Program-made: the position numbers and the translations under genes | IMG/VR virus record: IMGVR_UViG_3300045999_008055 | Origin: a virus | Strand: one strand, 5' to 3' | Length of the DNA: 64,000 nucleotides | Notes under the pieces: generated by a model | Seen by the model: only the letters and a program-made list of their open reading frames with translations | What the model was told of the DNA's origin: nothing | Database searches by the model: none | Shown here: positions 36,702 to 47,049 of the stretch, one piece after another | Layout of the letters: every line of letters begins with the position of its first letter | Position numbering within the stretch: the first letter of the stretch is position 1

Positions 36702-37461
36702 ACCCAAAATAGGCATTTTATATTGCGCTTATAATTGCAAAACTTATTTAAAAGAAAGTTTAGATAATTTTTTTAAGGCCAAAAAGGATGGATTAATACA
36801 TGAGATCTGCGCGGTTTCGTTACCATTTCTTGAATATTATGATATAAACAATACTGACGACGGAACCACGGAAGAGATTGTAAATTTATATAAAGAAGGA
36901 AGCATAGATTACGCCTTTACTAACCCTAAATATATAAAAGAACATTTAGCAAGAGATCTTTGTCTGCAATATTTAAAATTCAAAGAATGTGATCTATTTT
37001 GGTTAGTTGATGGAGATGAATTCTATTCACTAGAAGATATTAAGAACATAATTTCATTCGTAGAATCAAATCAAGAATATTGTTGGTATACTATAAATTT
37101 TAAAAATTATATATTCGATGGCAAGCAGTGGATTGATGGTTTTTGTCCATCTAGAATTTTTAGAAAAAACTTTAATGATTTTAAAATACAGTCTTTCTAT
37201 TGGGATAACGATATAGGTTATGAGAAAGATAATAAGATTTATAATTATAAAGACCTACCTAAACTAGAGGTTCCAAAAGATATAGCCCATATAAAGCATC
37301 TTACTTGGCTTCATCTGAATGGTAAAGATAAATATGAATATCAAATGAAACATTTTGGATATTGTGGATATATATGGAACTATGAGTTGAATCAATTAGA
37401 ATTTAATAAACAATTTTATTTGAAAACCAATCAACAATTACCTACGATATATTATGAATAA
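36694..37461 (+). CDS. GT2-like glycosyltransferase
   Basis: AYNC, TDDGT and VDGDEFY. Confidence 0.75.
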   Translation: MIKPKIGILYCAYNCKTYLKESLDNFFKAKKDGLIHEICAVSLPFLEYYDINNTDDGTTEEIVNLYKEGSIDYAFTNPKYIKEHLARDLCLQYLKFKECDLFWLVDGDEFYSLEDIKNIISFVESNQEYCWYTINFKNYIFDGKQWIDGFCPSRIFRKNFNDFKIQSFYWDNDIGYEKDNKIYNYKDLPKLEVPKDIAHIKHLTWLHLNGKDKYEYQMKHFGYCGYIWNYELNQLEFNKQFYLKTNQQLPTIYYE

Positions 37462-38617
37462 TTTTAAATGGCCCCTAAATAATTCTAGTTTTAATCTATT
37501 AGATAGAATTAAAATATCAAGATTTATATTAAATAAGGCTAATTTTTGGACTCAAGGGAAATATGTAAAACAATTCGAAGATAAATTCAAGCGCTTTGTA
37601 GGCTCAAAGTATTCTGTATTTGTATCTAGTGGATCTACTGCAAATACCTTAATGGCTATGTTCTTAAAAGATAAGGTTTATACTAAAAATAAGAATATTG
37701 TAATATTTCCCTCAACAACTTGGACGACTTCAATATCTCCTTTTATAAGAGAGGGTTTTACGCCAAAATTTATAGACATTTCTTTAGAAGATTTTTGTTT
37801 AGATTTGAATCTAACAGAAAAATATCTTAAGAAAAATTACAAAAAGGTCGCAGCAATTGTTTGTGTGTCTTTAATTGGTCAGGTTCCAGATATTAAAAAA
37901 TTAAAAGAGTTAGAAGCAAAATATAAGGTTAAAATATTTTTAGATAACTGCGAAAATACACTTGGTAAATATAAAGATAAAAATATATCCTCATATTTTA
38001 CAAGCAGTACAAGTACATACTTCGGACATCAAGTACAAAGTGTAGAGGGTGGGTTTATTTTTACTAATTCTCAAGAAGAATATGAATATTTTATAATGAA
38101 TAGAAATCATGGTATGACTAGAGGATTGAAATTATATGGTTTAGACGATAAGAAATATTCAAATCAAGATGTTGATGAATCATTTGATTTTTGCACTTTA
38201 GGTAATAATTTTAGAAACACAGATATTAATGCTTTTATTGGTCTATTAGATTTTAATAGGATTGAAAATTATCTAAACAAAAGAGTTGAAATATTCAATA
38301 AAATTAAAAATACTTTATCATTAAAAGATATTATTCTTCCTCAAGAATATTCAGATAGAATGTCCGCACCTTTTTGTTTCCCGATTATTTCTAAAGATAG
38401 ATCTGTAGTAGATATGTTTAAACAATTCTGTAAAGATAATAAAATAGAAATTAGACCAATAATATCTGGCAATCTTCTTAGACAGACTTGTTATAAACAA
38501 TATGCAAATTTTAAAGATTTTAAAAATAGCGAATTTTTGCATACAAATGGTTTTTATTTTGGAATATATCCAACTATAACAGATAAACAAATAGAAATAT
38601 TAAAAAAATATGAATAA
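37454..38617 (+). CDS. PLP-dependent DegT family protein, ColD-like NDP-4-keto-6-deoxysugar 3-dehydratase
   Basis: VSSGSTAN, DNCE; His in place of the catalytic Lys (TYFGHQVQSVEGG); no Fe-S Cys cluster. Confidence 0.75.
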   Translation: MNNFKWPLNNSSFNLLDRIKISRFILNKANFWTQGKYVKQFEDKFKRFVGSKYSVFVSSGSTANTLMAMFLKDKVYTKNKNIVIFPSTTWTTSISPFIREGFTPKFIDISLEDFCLDLNLTEKYLKKNYKKVAAIVCVSLIGQVPDIKKLKELEAKYKVKIFLDNCENTLGKYKDKNISSYFTSSTSTYFGHQVQSVEGGFIFTNSQEEYEYFIMNRNHGMTRGLKLYGLDDKKYSNQDVDESFDFCTLGNNFRNTDINAFIGLLDFNRIENYLNKRVEIFNKIKNTLSLKDIILPQEYSDRMSAPFCFPIISKDRSVVDMFKQFCKDNKIEIRPIISGNLLRQTCYKQYANFKDFKNSEFLHTNGFYFGIYPTITDKQIEILKKYE

Positions 38618-39416
38618 ATATAATACAAAAATTACAAAAATTGAAAATGTACAAGAGGTAACCCATCTAGAGGAATTTGATTTCTTATTCAACTCTGAAA
38701 ATTATAAAATTAAATATTTACATAACGTTCCTCATAGATCAACCGAAGATATAGAAAATGATCCATACGCAAAGTCATTTGGAGAATTTGTTGATAAAAT
38801 GAAAGATTTTATTCCAAATAATTCAGAAGTTATTGATGTTGGAGCTTACGATGGCGATACATCCTTATCTTTAGCTTTAATGGCTGGAAAGAATGGAAGA
38901 TGTATAAATTTTGAATGTGGACCAGCATGGCAAAGACTTCAGATTAATTCCGCTTTAAATAAAGAACTTAATTTAGAGAATTATAACTATGCCGCTTCTA
39001 ATGTTTACGGAGTTGATAAATTTAATTATAATAACGATGTAGGTGGTAGCCAGCATAAAACTTCTTATATTGGAGAATATCCTTTAAAGAGATTTGTCAG
39101 AACAATAGATATAGATAATTTTTTAAATAATTTAAATATATCTAATCTAAGTTTAATTAAATTGGATACAGAAGGATTTGATGTCCAAATATTAAATTTT
39201 ATGGATAAGTATATAGATAAATTTCGTCCGCTTGTTCATATAGAATGGTTTCCATCTACTGAAAATGAACTATATAATTTCTTGATAAATAAGAACTATA
39301 ATAGCGTGGACTTCTATACATTAAAGCTATTTGACATACTTCCGAATTATTGGGCGCAAGATTTAATTCTAATACCAAAAGAAAAAGTAAATAATTTTAA
39401 AACTTTAGTTAGATGA
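38610..39416 (+). CDS. FkbM-family methyltransferase
   Basis: IDVGAYDG and IKLDTEGFD. Confidence 0.85.
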   Translation: MNKYNTKITKIENVQEVTHLEEFDFLFNSENYKIKYLHNVPHRSTEDIENDPYAKSFGEFVDKMKDFIPNNSEVIDVGAYDGDTSLSLALMAGKNGRCINFECGPAWQRLQINSALNKELNLENYNYAASNVYGVDKFNYNNDVGGSQHKTSYIGEYPLKRFVRTIDIDNFLNNLNISNLSLIKLDTEGFDVQILNFMDKYIDKFRPLVHIEWFPSTENELYNFLINKNYNSVDFYTLKLFDILPNYWAQDLILIPKEKVNNFKTLVR

Positions 39417-40252
39417 ATTTTATATCAAAAAACAGAACTCAAGAAGATTTTGAGTTACTTGGTAAAATATGCTATGATACTTTAATTCAAAATATAGATA
39501 TAAGACAACAATCCGATGAATTTTGCGGTATATATTTCGAAGGTAGAGATAGAGAATTAAATTATTTAGAGGATTTTGCGGTAATTCATAGTTTTAAAAT
39601 ATTTTCTGAATATAACTATCCTATATTTATTTTTAGTCCTAATTCAAATAATATTTTAAATAATGATATAAGATATAAAAATGCAAGGATCGAACATATA
39701 AAAATACCAATACAAGATTCTCATGATAAGTATTCATCATTTATGCTTAATGATATCTGGAAGTATTTACCAAAACAATTTGAAAATCTACTATTTTTTC
39801 ATCCAGATGGTTTTTTAATAAAAGAAGGATGGGAACAGTTTGTAATAAACAATAAATTAAAATATATAGGCTCTGCTTGGTGTCACGCTCCAAGTATTGA
39901 TATATATGAAAATAATCAATGGTATAATTTAGGTTTTCCTAGAATACAATGTGGAAATGGAGGTTTTAGCTTCCGATCAAGAAAAGCTTGTGAAAATATT
40001 AGTTCAATTTATAGCAAATGTATTTTAAGAGAATCTGGCACAGATGGCACAAGAGTTCCAGAAGATTTATTCTATAGTCATCTTATTAATGGGACCGAAG
40101 GAGGAGTTGGTACTTTATCTCAATGTATGAAATTTTCACTTGACCCAATAACATTAAATGAGTATAATAATAAATTAAGTTATGGTTTCCATTATCCTAA
40201 AAAAATTAACGAATATCAAAGACACAGAGATTATTTTCTAAATGAATTTTAA
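39413..40252 (+). CDS. DUF5672-like putative glycosyltransferase
   Basis: HPDG, YIGSAW, GNGGFSFRS and PEDLFYS. Confidence 0.75.
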   Translation: MNFISKNRTQEDFELLGKICYDTLIQNIDIRQQSDEFCGIYFEGRDRELNYLEDFAVIHSFKIFSEYNYPIFIFSPNSNNILNNDIRYKNARIEHIKIPIQDSHDKYSSFMLNDIWKYLPKQFENLLFFHPDGFLIKEGWEQFVINNKLKYIGSAWCHAPSIDIYENNQWYNLGFPRIQCGNGGFSFRSRKACENISSIYSKCILRESGTDGTRVPEDLFYSHLINGTEGGVGTLSQCMKFSLDPITLNEYNNKLSYGFHYPKKINEYQRHRDYFLNEF

Positions 40253-40931
40253 ACTACATAATATAAATAATGAAACTATTTTACCCATAGTTTTATTTGG
40301 AAATAATCGGGATTCAGAAATAACAAATTACCATAGACAAGTTATGGTGGAGTATTTTAATATACCATTTAATTATGTCTCTTGTCCATTTCCATATGTT
40401 TCGCACGGATTATGCATGGATGAAGTAATAAATTTAACTATAGATTCTTTAAAACCTGATTATTATTGGTTTTGTGATAATGACGCTATAATTCTAAAGA
40501 AAGAATGCGTAGATATAATGTATGATATGGTAAAAAATAAAATGACTTTAGCAGGTCAGATTTGGCAAAGCAATCATAAAAAGGGGCCAAATGGTATGAT
40601 TCCTCATCCTTATATAAGTCAAGCTTTTATGTGGTTATCTAGAGATCTTTATAATAATCTAGGAAGACCTACTTGCGATGACAAAACAGAAAGATCTGAT
40701 ACTGCTGAAGAAATAACTTATCTAGCAAAAGAAAAAGGCTATTTTGTAGCAGGATGCTATCCTTCTCATTCAGTTTTAAGAAATGTAGATCTTGATAATG
40801 GATTTAAATATGGATTAAGCAATACATATGGCCCAAATCTAATGTATCACGCAAGTCAACAAGATAATCCAAAAAGTAAAGATTTATTTATTGAAAAATG
40901 TAAAGAGGTTCTAAATGGAAAATTCTTATAA
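40242..40931 (+). CDS. Putative GT-A glycosyltransferase
   Basis: FCDNDA (DxD) and RSDTAEE; cluster context. Confidence 0.55.
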   Translation: MNFKLHNINNETILPIVLFGNNRDSEITNYHRQVMVEYFNIPFNYVSCPFPYVSHGLCMDEVINLTIDSLKPDYYWFCDNDAIILKKECVDIMYDMVKNKMTLAGQIWQSNHKKGPNGMIPHPYISQAFMWLSRDLYNNLGRPTCDDKTERSDTAEEITYLAKEKGYFVAGCYPSHSVLRNVDLDNGFKYGLSNTYGPNLMYHASQQDNPKSKDLFIEKCKEVLNGKFL

Positions 40932-42231
40932 AGAAGATATAAAATTATTTATCCAACAACTCACAAAGAAGTATGGATTCTTACCAAAGTTTGCTCACAA
41001 TTTAAATCCAGATTTAAAAAATAAAGTTTATTATTCTGGCGCATATTTTGATGAAAATGAAATCTCTGCAGCAATAGAGACTCTTTTATTTGGCAAATGG
41101 AGTTCTAGCGGAGAAGTTTGTGCGAAATTCGAGAAAGAATTTAGCAAAAAAATAAATCAAAAATACTCTTTCTTCACAAATTCTGGCTCTTCTGCTAATT
41201 TACTATTAGTAGCAGCTTGTAAGGAATATTTTAATTGGCAAGATAATGATGAAGTGATTGTGTCTGCGGTAGGTTTTCCTACAACTACATCTCCACTTAT
41301 TCACAATAATTTAAAGCCAGTATTTATTGATATTGAATGGGACACATTAAATTTTGATCTATCTAAAATAGAAGAAAAAATAACAGATAAAACTGTAGCA
41401 ATCTTTTTATCTCCAGTATTAGGTAATCCACCAGACATGGATAAATTAATCAATCTATTAAATAAATATCCAAAGATTAAACTTCTTTTAGATAATTGTG
41501 ATTCTTTGGGTTCAAAATGGAATGATAAGTATTTAAATGAATACGCAGTCGTATCGTCTTGTTCCTTTTATCCCGCTCATGAAATCACAACTCTAGAAGG
41601 TGGAATGGTATCCTCTAATATTGAAGAAATAATAAAACTAGCTCGAAGTTATGCAACTTGGGGAAGAGATTGCTGGTGCATTGGTACTGCAAATCTATTA
41701 TGCCAAGGATCTTGTAATAAAAGATTCTCTAACTGGCTCCAAGATTTTCCAGAGACAATTATAGATCATAAGTATGTATTCAATAGAATTGGATATAACT
41801 TAAAACCTTTAGATTTACAAGCTGCAATAGGAATTGAGCAACTTAAAAAGCTTGATTTTATCTGCCAAAAAAGAAAATCGAATCTTGATAAAATACTCTC
41901 TATATTTCAGAAAAATCTAAATTCATTAAGAAGTGTCAATGTATTTGATAAAACTCATTGGGTTCCATTTGGCGTTCCTCTTATATGTAAATCAAAAGAA
42001 GAAAAGATGAAACTTGTAAATTATTTAGAAAATAATGGAATCCAAACCAGAAATTATTTTGCAGGTAATCTTTTAATGCATAAAGGTTATAAATATTTAG
42101 ATAATTATAAAAATTATCCAGAATCAAATAAAGTTCTAGATCTAGTATTCTTTATTGGCTGTTCTCCAACTATTGACGAAGAAAATATATCTTACATAGA
42201 ACAAAAGATAAAAGAATATGAACAAAATTAG
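40915..42231 (+). CDS. rfbH: NDP-4-keto-6-deoxyglucose 3-dehydrase (E1/DdhC/RfbH)
   Basis: NSGSSAN, DNCDSLGS, SFYPAH (His), WGRDCWC...C..RF Fe-S motif and DHKYVF..IGYNLK. Confidence 0.88.
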   Translation: MENSYKEDIKLFIQQLTKKYGFLPKFAHNLNPDLKNKVYYSGAYFDENEISAAIETLLFGKWSSSGEVCAKFEKEFSKKINQKYSFFTNSGSSANLLLVAACKEYFNWQDNDEVIVSAVGFPTTTSPLIHNNLKPVFIDIEWDTLNFDLSKIEEKITDKTVAIFLSPVLGNPPDMDKLINLLNKYPKIKLLLDNCDSLGSKWNDKYLNEYAVVSSCSFYPAHEITTLEGGMVSSNIEEIIKLARSYATWGRDCWCIGTANLLCQGSCNKRFSNWLQDFPETIIDHKYVFNRIGYNLKPLDLQAAIGIEQLKKLDFICQKRKSNLDKILSIFQKNLNSLRSVNVFDKTHWVPFGVPLICKSKEEKMKLVNYLENNGIQTRNYFAGNLLMHKGYKYLDNYKNYPESNKVLDLVFFIGCSPTIDEENISYIEQKIKEYEQN

Positions 42232-43033
42232 CGTTTTTGGCTCTACAGGTTTTATTGGTAAAAAATGGATGGAGTTATATCCAATAGAATCTTTTGCCGA
42301 GGACAGATCTTCAATTATATCAAAAAATAAAGACATTCTATATTTCAGAGGAACAAATTCAAATTATTCCGTTTTCAAAGATCCAACATTAGAAATAAAA
42401 ACAAATTTATTATTATTAACAGAAATGTTTTCTAATTTAAATAAAGATAATACTTTCAATCTTATATCTTCCTGGTTTGTATATGGCAAAAACAATCTTA
42501 TTACAAATTCAGAGAATGATTATTGTAATCCAAAGGGTTTTTATTCTATTGCAAAATATGCCCAAGAACAATTTTTAGAATCTTACTGTAAAACTTTTGG
42601 TATAAATTATAGGATATTAAGATTATGTAATATTATCGGAAAAGATGCTGGCGCTAATTCACAAAAGAATGCGACAGAATATCTAATTGAAAGATTGAAA
42701 AGGAATGAAGAGGTCAACGTATATAAAGGAGATAATTATAGAAACTTTCTTTTTGTAGAAGATGTTTGTCGAGCTATAAAATTAGTTTTAGATAAAGGCG
42801 AAAAAGATCAAATTTATAATATTGGTAATACAGAAAGCGTAAAACTAATAGACATTATTTATTATTGTAAAAAAATATTAAATTCTGAAAGTAAAATCAA
42901 CTTCATAGATCCTCCGCTTTTTCACCAACAAGTTCAAGCGAAAGATTTCCACATGAATATAAATAAATTATATAGTTTAGGATTTAAACCTAAATATTCT
43001 CTAGAGGACACATTAAAAATATTGTGCAAATAA
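42218..43033 (+). CDS. NAD-dependent epimerase/reductase (extended SDR)
   Basis: GSTGFIG, SSWFVYG and YSIAK. Confidence 0.85.
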   Translation: MNKISVFGSTGFIGKKWMELYPIESFAEDRSSIISKNKDILYFRGTNSNYSVFKDPTLEIKTNLLLLTEMFSNLNKDNTFNLISSWFVYGKNNLITNSENDYCNPKGFYSIAKYAQEQFLESYCKTFGINYRILRLCNIIGKDAGANSQKNATEYLIERLKRNEEVNVYKGDNYRNFLFVEDVCRAIKLVLDKGEKDQIYNIGNTESVKLIDIIYYCKKILNSESKINFIDPPLFHQQVQAKDFHMNINKLYSLGFKPKYSLEDTLKILCK

Positions 43034-43034
43034 A

Positions 43035-43664
43035 ATGGCTAATGGAATTTATAAGATAACAGAAGAATTTGAACAAGCTTTATCAAAATATACAGGCGCA
43101 CCTTATGTCGTAACTGTAGATAATGCTAGTAATGCTTTATTTTTATCTTTAGTCTATGAAAATGTAAAAGGACAAGTAATAGATATCCCAGCTAGAACTT
43201 ATCCATCTGTTCCTTGTGAAATTATACATGCTGGAGGAAAAGTTAATTTTATACCAGTAAATAGTAATAAAATAAAAGGTGCATACCAATTAAAACCTAC
43301 AAAAATTTGGGATAGTGCTTTAAGATTTACTTCAAATATGTATCTACCTAATAGCCATATGTGCATCTCTTTTACCGGTCCATATAAACACTTTAAACTT
43401 AGTAAAGGAGGAGCAATTTTAACTGATGATTATAAAGCTTATCTTTGGTTTAAAAGAGCTAGATATAGTGGTAGAAGAGAATGTTCGTATCATGACGATA
43501 ATTTTGATATGCTTGGTTGGAATTTTTATATGATGCCAGAACTAGCGGCTAGAGGATTACTTCTAATGAATCAATTTTATAATACAGATGGAACGCCTAA
43601 ACATAATGAAGATTTAGAATTACCTTATCCAGATCTATCAAAATTTGAGATATATAAAAAATAA
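43035..43664 (+). CDS. Short DegT/DnrJ-family aminotransferase
   Basis: FEQAL..YTGAPY.VTVD and SFTGPYKH (Lys retained); only 209 aa. Confidence 0.75.
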   Translation: MANGIYKITEEFEQALSKYTGAPYVVTVDNASNALFLSLVYENVKGQVIDIPARTYPSVPCEIIHAGGKVNFIPVNSNKIKGAYQLKPTKIWDSALRFTSNMYLPNSHMCISFTGPYKHFKLSKGGAILTDDYKAYLWFKRARYSGRRECSYHDDNFDMLGWNFYMMPELAARGLLLMNQFYNTDGTPKHNEDLELPYPDLSKFEIYKK

Positions 43665-43670
43665 TTTAAA

Positions 43671-44276
43671 ATGCAAAATACAATTTTAATTTTTGGCACA
43701 GGAGGATTGTGCAAGCAAATATTAAATAATCCTATTATTATAAAAGAAGATTTTTATTTGTATAATGATAATAATATATATGAAGAATTTTTTAAAAATT
43801 TTAAAATAGCTGATGAAATTTCTGAAAAATTTACTCATTTTATCTTAGCCGTATCTGGACCAAAAAATAGAAAAGATATAAGTAAAAAGTTATACGAAAA
43901 GGGTTTGGGAGATTATCAATATATTGATTCATTCTTATCAAAAGATGTTGATCTCGGAAATAATATTATTATATTAAAAAATGTTTTCATTGAACCAATG
44001 GTCAAGATTGGATCTGGTTCACTAATTAATGTAGGAGTACAACTTCATCACGATGTAAAAATTGGAGAATATTGTGAGATTAGTCCTATGTGTTGTTTAT
44101 TAGGCAATGTAAATATTGGTAATAATACTTTTGTAGGAGCAAATACTACGATTTTACCAAAAATAAAAATTGGTAATAATTGTTTAATTGGCGCTGGTAG
44201 TGTTGTTACAGAAGATATACCCGATAATCAAGTTTGGTTTGGAAATCCAGCTAGGTTTAAATATAATAATCTATGA
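43671..44276 (+). CDS. NeuD/PglD-like sugar acetyltransferase (hexapeptide repeats)
   Basis: HHDVKIG, IGAGSVVTEDIP and GNPAR. Confidence 0.88.
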   Translation: MQNTILIFGTGGLCKQILNNPIIIKEDFYLYNDNNIYEEFFKNFKIADEISEKFTHFILAVSGPKNRKDISKKLYEKGLGDYQYIDSFLSKDVDLGNNIIILKNVFIEPMVKIGSGSLINVGVQLHHDVKIGEYCEISPMCCLLGNVNIGNNTFVGANTTILPKIKIGNNCLIGAGSVVTEDIPDNQVWFGNPARFKYNNL

Positions 44277-45019
44277 TACATATATTCTATCGAGCTACAA
44301 GTTATCCAGAGGTAGGAAATAAATGTAGACCAAATTATTTTTCATTAGAGAAATGTTTTAAGAATTTTTTAGATACGCTAAATTTTAATAAAGCGAAATT
44401 AACAGTAGTTTTTGATGGGCCTATTAAAAATAGTTTTATTTTAAAATATAAAGACAAATATAAATTTGATATTCATTTAATTAATGCTGGAACAGATTTT
44501 AAGTCAAATACTATGACTTTTCAATATATTAAAGAACAAAAATTAGCAGATAATGATATAATTTATGTCTTGGAACAAGATTACCTTCATTTGCCTTGGG
44601 TTGACGCAGTTGAATTCTTATATCAAACAAATCCAAATTATAATATAAATAATTCTTATATATCCTTATATGATCACGGCGATAAATATACAAGAAATAA
44701 TCCAGATATGAAGAATACAGAATGGGGCATGTACCATGATTTAAAATCACAAATCTATTTTACTCCTTATAGATATCTTAGAACTGTACCTAACACTTGC
44801 GGTTCCTTTATATTAAGCAAACAACTCTTCGACAAAGATTATGAAATTCATATTTCTGGTAAAGCGGATAACACAAGATTTCATATTTTAACCCAAGAAC
44901 CTTATAATCGAATAGTTTTAAGTTTTATGCCTGGATTTTCTACTCATATGCACACGCATTTTCTATCACCATTTGCAGATTGGGAAGAAGTAAACAAACA
45001 AACAATTTTATTACCATGA
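44273..45019 (+). CDS. Putative GT-A glycosyltransferase
   Basis: YVLEQDYLH, SLYDHGDKY and PGFSTH. Confidence 0.6.
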   Translation: MIHIFYRATSYPEVGNKCRPNYFSLEKCFKNFLDTLNFNKAKLTVVFDGPIKNSFILKYKDKYKFDIHLINAGTDFKSNTMTFQYIKEQKLADNDIIYVLEQDYLHLPWVDAVEFLYQTNPNYNINNSYISLYDHGDKYTRNNPDMKNTEWGMYHDLKSQIYFTPYRYLRTVPNTCGSFILSKQLFDKDYEIHISGKADNTRFHILTQEPYNRIVLSFMPGFSTHMHTHFLSPFADWEEVNKQTILLP

Positions 45020-45987
45020 ATATTTTAGTTACAGGAGGTTTAGGATTTATAGGATCTAATTTTATTAGAACTATAATTAATAAGGATTCCATATCTTCTA
45101 TAGTAAATATAGATTGTCCAAGTAAATTAAGCGCAGCTGCAAATATAAATAATGCAAAAGATTTTAAAGACAATCCAAAATATCATTTTTATGATTTTTG
45201 GTTAGATCATCTAGAAGATCCTCAGACCTTTAAGAAATTTATTCAAGTGTTAAAAGATCATAAGATATCACATATAATACATTTCGCCGCAGAGACTCAT
45301 GTTGACAATTCTATATCAAATCCTAGAGACTTTTTGAGATCTAATATAATTGGAACATTTAATCTTTTAGAATTATGTAAACAAGAAAACTTAAGAATTC
45401 ATTTAATTTCTACAGATGAAGTATACGGCAGTTTAGGACACGAAGGAAAATTTTCAGAAACTTCTTGCTATGCACCAAATTCTCCTTATTCCGCTTCTAA
45501 AGCTTCAGCCGATATGCTCGCTAGAGCTTATTATCATACATTTAAAGTTCCTATAACAATATCTAATTGTTCTAATAATTATGGCCCATATCAACATAAT
45601 GAAAAATTTATACCTGTAGTTATAAATTCAATATTAAATAATCAAAAAATACCTGTTTATGGTACAGGAAAAAATATTAGAGACTGGATTTATGTAATAG
45701 ATCATTGCGAAGCTGTATTTGAGATTGTTAAAAATGGAAAGATTGGCGAGACATATAATATTGGTGGAGATTGCGAAAAAACTAATTTAGAAATTATATC
45801 TAACATCTGTAAAATATTACAAGTTAATCCAGAAGACTACATTAAATTTGTAGAAGATAGGAAAGGTCATGATTTTAGATACGCTATAGATAATACGAAG
45901 ATTAATAAAGAATTGAATTGGTATCCTAGAACTGATTTTTTACATGGTTTAGAAAAAACTATAGAATTTTATAAAAATAAATATTAG
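44980..45987 (+). CDS. rmlB: dTDP-glucose 4,6-dehydratase (start probably 45016)
   Basis: TGGLGFIGSN, FAAETHVDNSI, STDEVYG, PYSASK, SNNYGP and DRKGHDFRYA. Confidence 0.95.
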   Translation: MGRSKQTNNFITMNILVTGGLGFIGSNFIRTIINKDSISSIVNIDCPSKLSAAANINNAKDFKDNPKYHFYDFWLDHLEDPQTFKKFIQVLKDHKISHIIHFAAETHVDNSISNPRDFLRSNIIGTFNLLELCKQENLRIHLISTDEVYGSLGHEGKFSETSCYAPNSPYSASKASADMLARAYYHTFKVPITISNCSNNYGPYQHNEKFIPVVINSILNNQKIPVYGTGKNIRDWIYVIDHCEAVFEIVKNGKIGETYNIGGDCEKTNLEIISNICKILQVNPEDYIKFVEDRKGHDFRYAIDNTKINKELNWYPRTDFLHGLEKTIEFYKNKY

Positions 45988-45996
45988 TATTATATA

Positions 45997-47049
45997 ATGA
46001 AAAAAGTTATTATTACCGGCGTTACAGGTCAAGATGGATCTTATATGGTAGATTATATATTAAATAACACAAATTATTTTGTTTATGGTGTTAGAAGAAG
46101 AAGTTCTAATCCCAATCTAGAGAATATACAACATAACTTAAATAATGAAAGATTTAAATTTATAATAGGAGATTTATCTGATAGTAATTCTATAGATGAA
46201 ATTGTAAAAGACATAAAGCCAGATTATTTTATTAATTTTGCGGCACAATCTTTCGTTGGTAGTAGCTGGCAAATTCCCTTACAGACTTTTGATGCAACCG
46301 CACTTGGTGTGCTTAGATGTTTAGAAGCTATAAGAAAATATGCTCCTAATTGTAGATTTTATTCAGCGGGTTCTAGTGAAGAAATGGGCGATGTTTTATA
46401 TAGCCCTCAAGACTTAAAACATCCAATTCGTCCTCGTAGCCCATATGGTGCAGCTAAAGCAGCCGCAAGACATATTACAAAGGTTTACAGAGATTCTTAT
46501 AATCTTTTTGCAATACATTCTATTCTTTATAATCACGAAAGCGAAAGACGAGGGGAAGAATTTGTCACCAGAAAAATTACAAAAGGTGTTGCTAGAATAT
46601 ATAATGCATTAAAAAATAATATAGATTTTGCTCCAATTGAACTAGGTAACTTAGATGCAAAAAGAGATTGGAGTCATGCTGAAGATTTTATTAATGGTAT
46701 ATGGTTAATGTTGAATCAAGATAAACCAAAAGAATATATCCTTTCCTCAGATGAAACGCATAGTATTAGAGAATTTGTTGAAAAAGCTTTTTTAGCTATT
46801 GATATAAAAGGATCATGGATCTATAATGGAGATGGAAGAGATGAAGATGAAGCATTTTATTTTAAAGATAATCAAGGAAATTACAAACAGTTAGTAAAAA
46901 TTAACCCTAAATTCTTTCGTCCTGCTGAAGTAGATCTCTTATTGGGTAATTCATCAGAGGCAAGAAATGAACTAAATTGGAAACCAAAAGTATCTTTTAA
47001 TGAACTAGTTGAAAGAATGGTCAAATCAGATATACAGAACTATAAGTGA
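45997..47049 (+). CDS. gmd: GDP-mannose 4,6-dehydratase
   Basis: ITGVTGQDGSY, AAQSFV, PRSPYGAAK, NHES.RRG..FVTRKIT, LGNLDAKRDW and RPAEVDLLLG. Confidence 0.95.
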   Translation: MKKVIITGVTGQDGSYMVDYILNNTNYFVYGVRRRSSNPNLENIQHNLNNERFKFIIGDLSDSNSIDEIVKDIKPDYFINFAAQSFVGSSWQIPLQTFDATALGVLRCLEAIRKYAPNCRFYSAGSSEEMGDVLYSPQDLKHPIRPRSPYGAAKAAARHITKVYRDSYNLFAIHSILYNHESERRGEEFVTRKITKGVARIYNALKNNIDFAPIELGNLDAKRDWSHAEDFINGIWLMLNQDKPKEYILSSDETHSIREFVEKAFLAIDIKGSWIYNGDGRDEDEAFYFKDNQGNYKQLVKINPKFFRPAEVDLLLGNSSEARNELNWKPKVSFNELVERMVKSDIQNYK

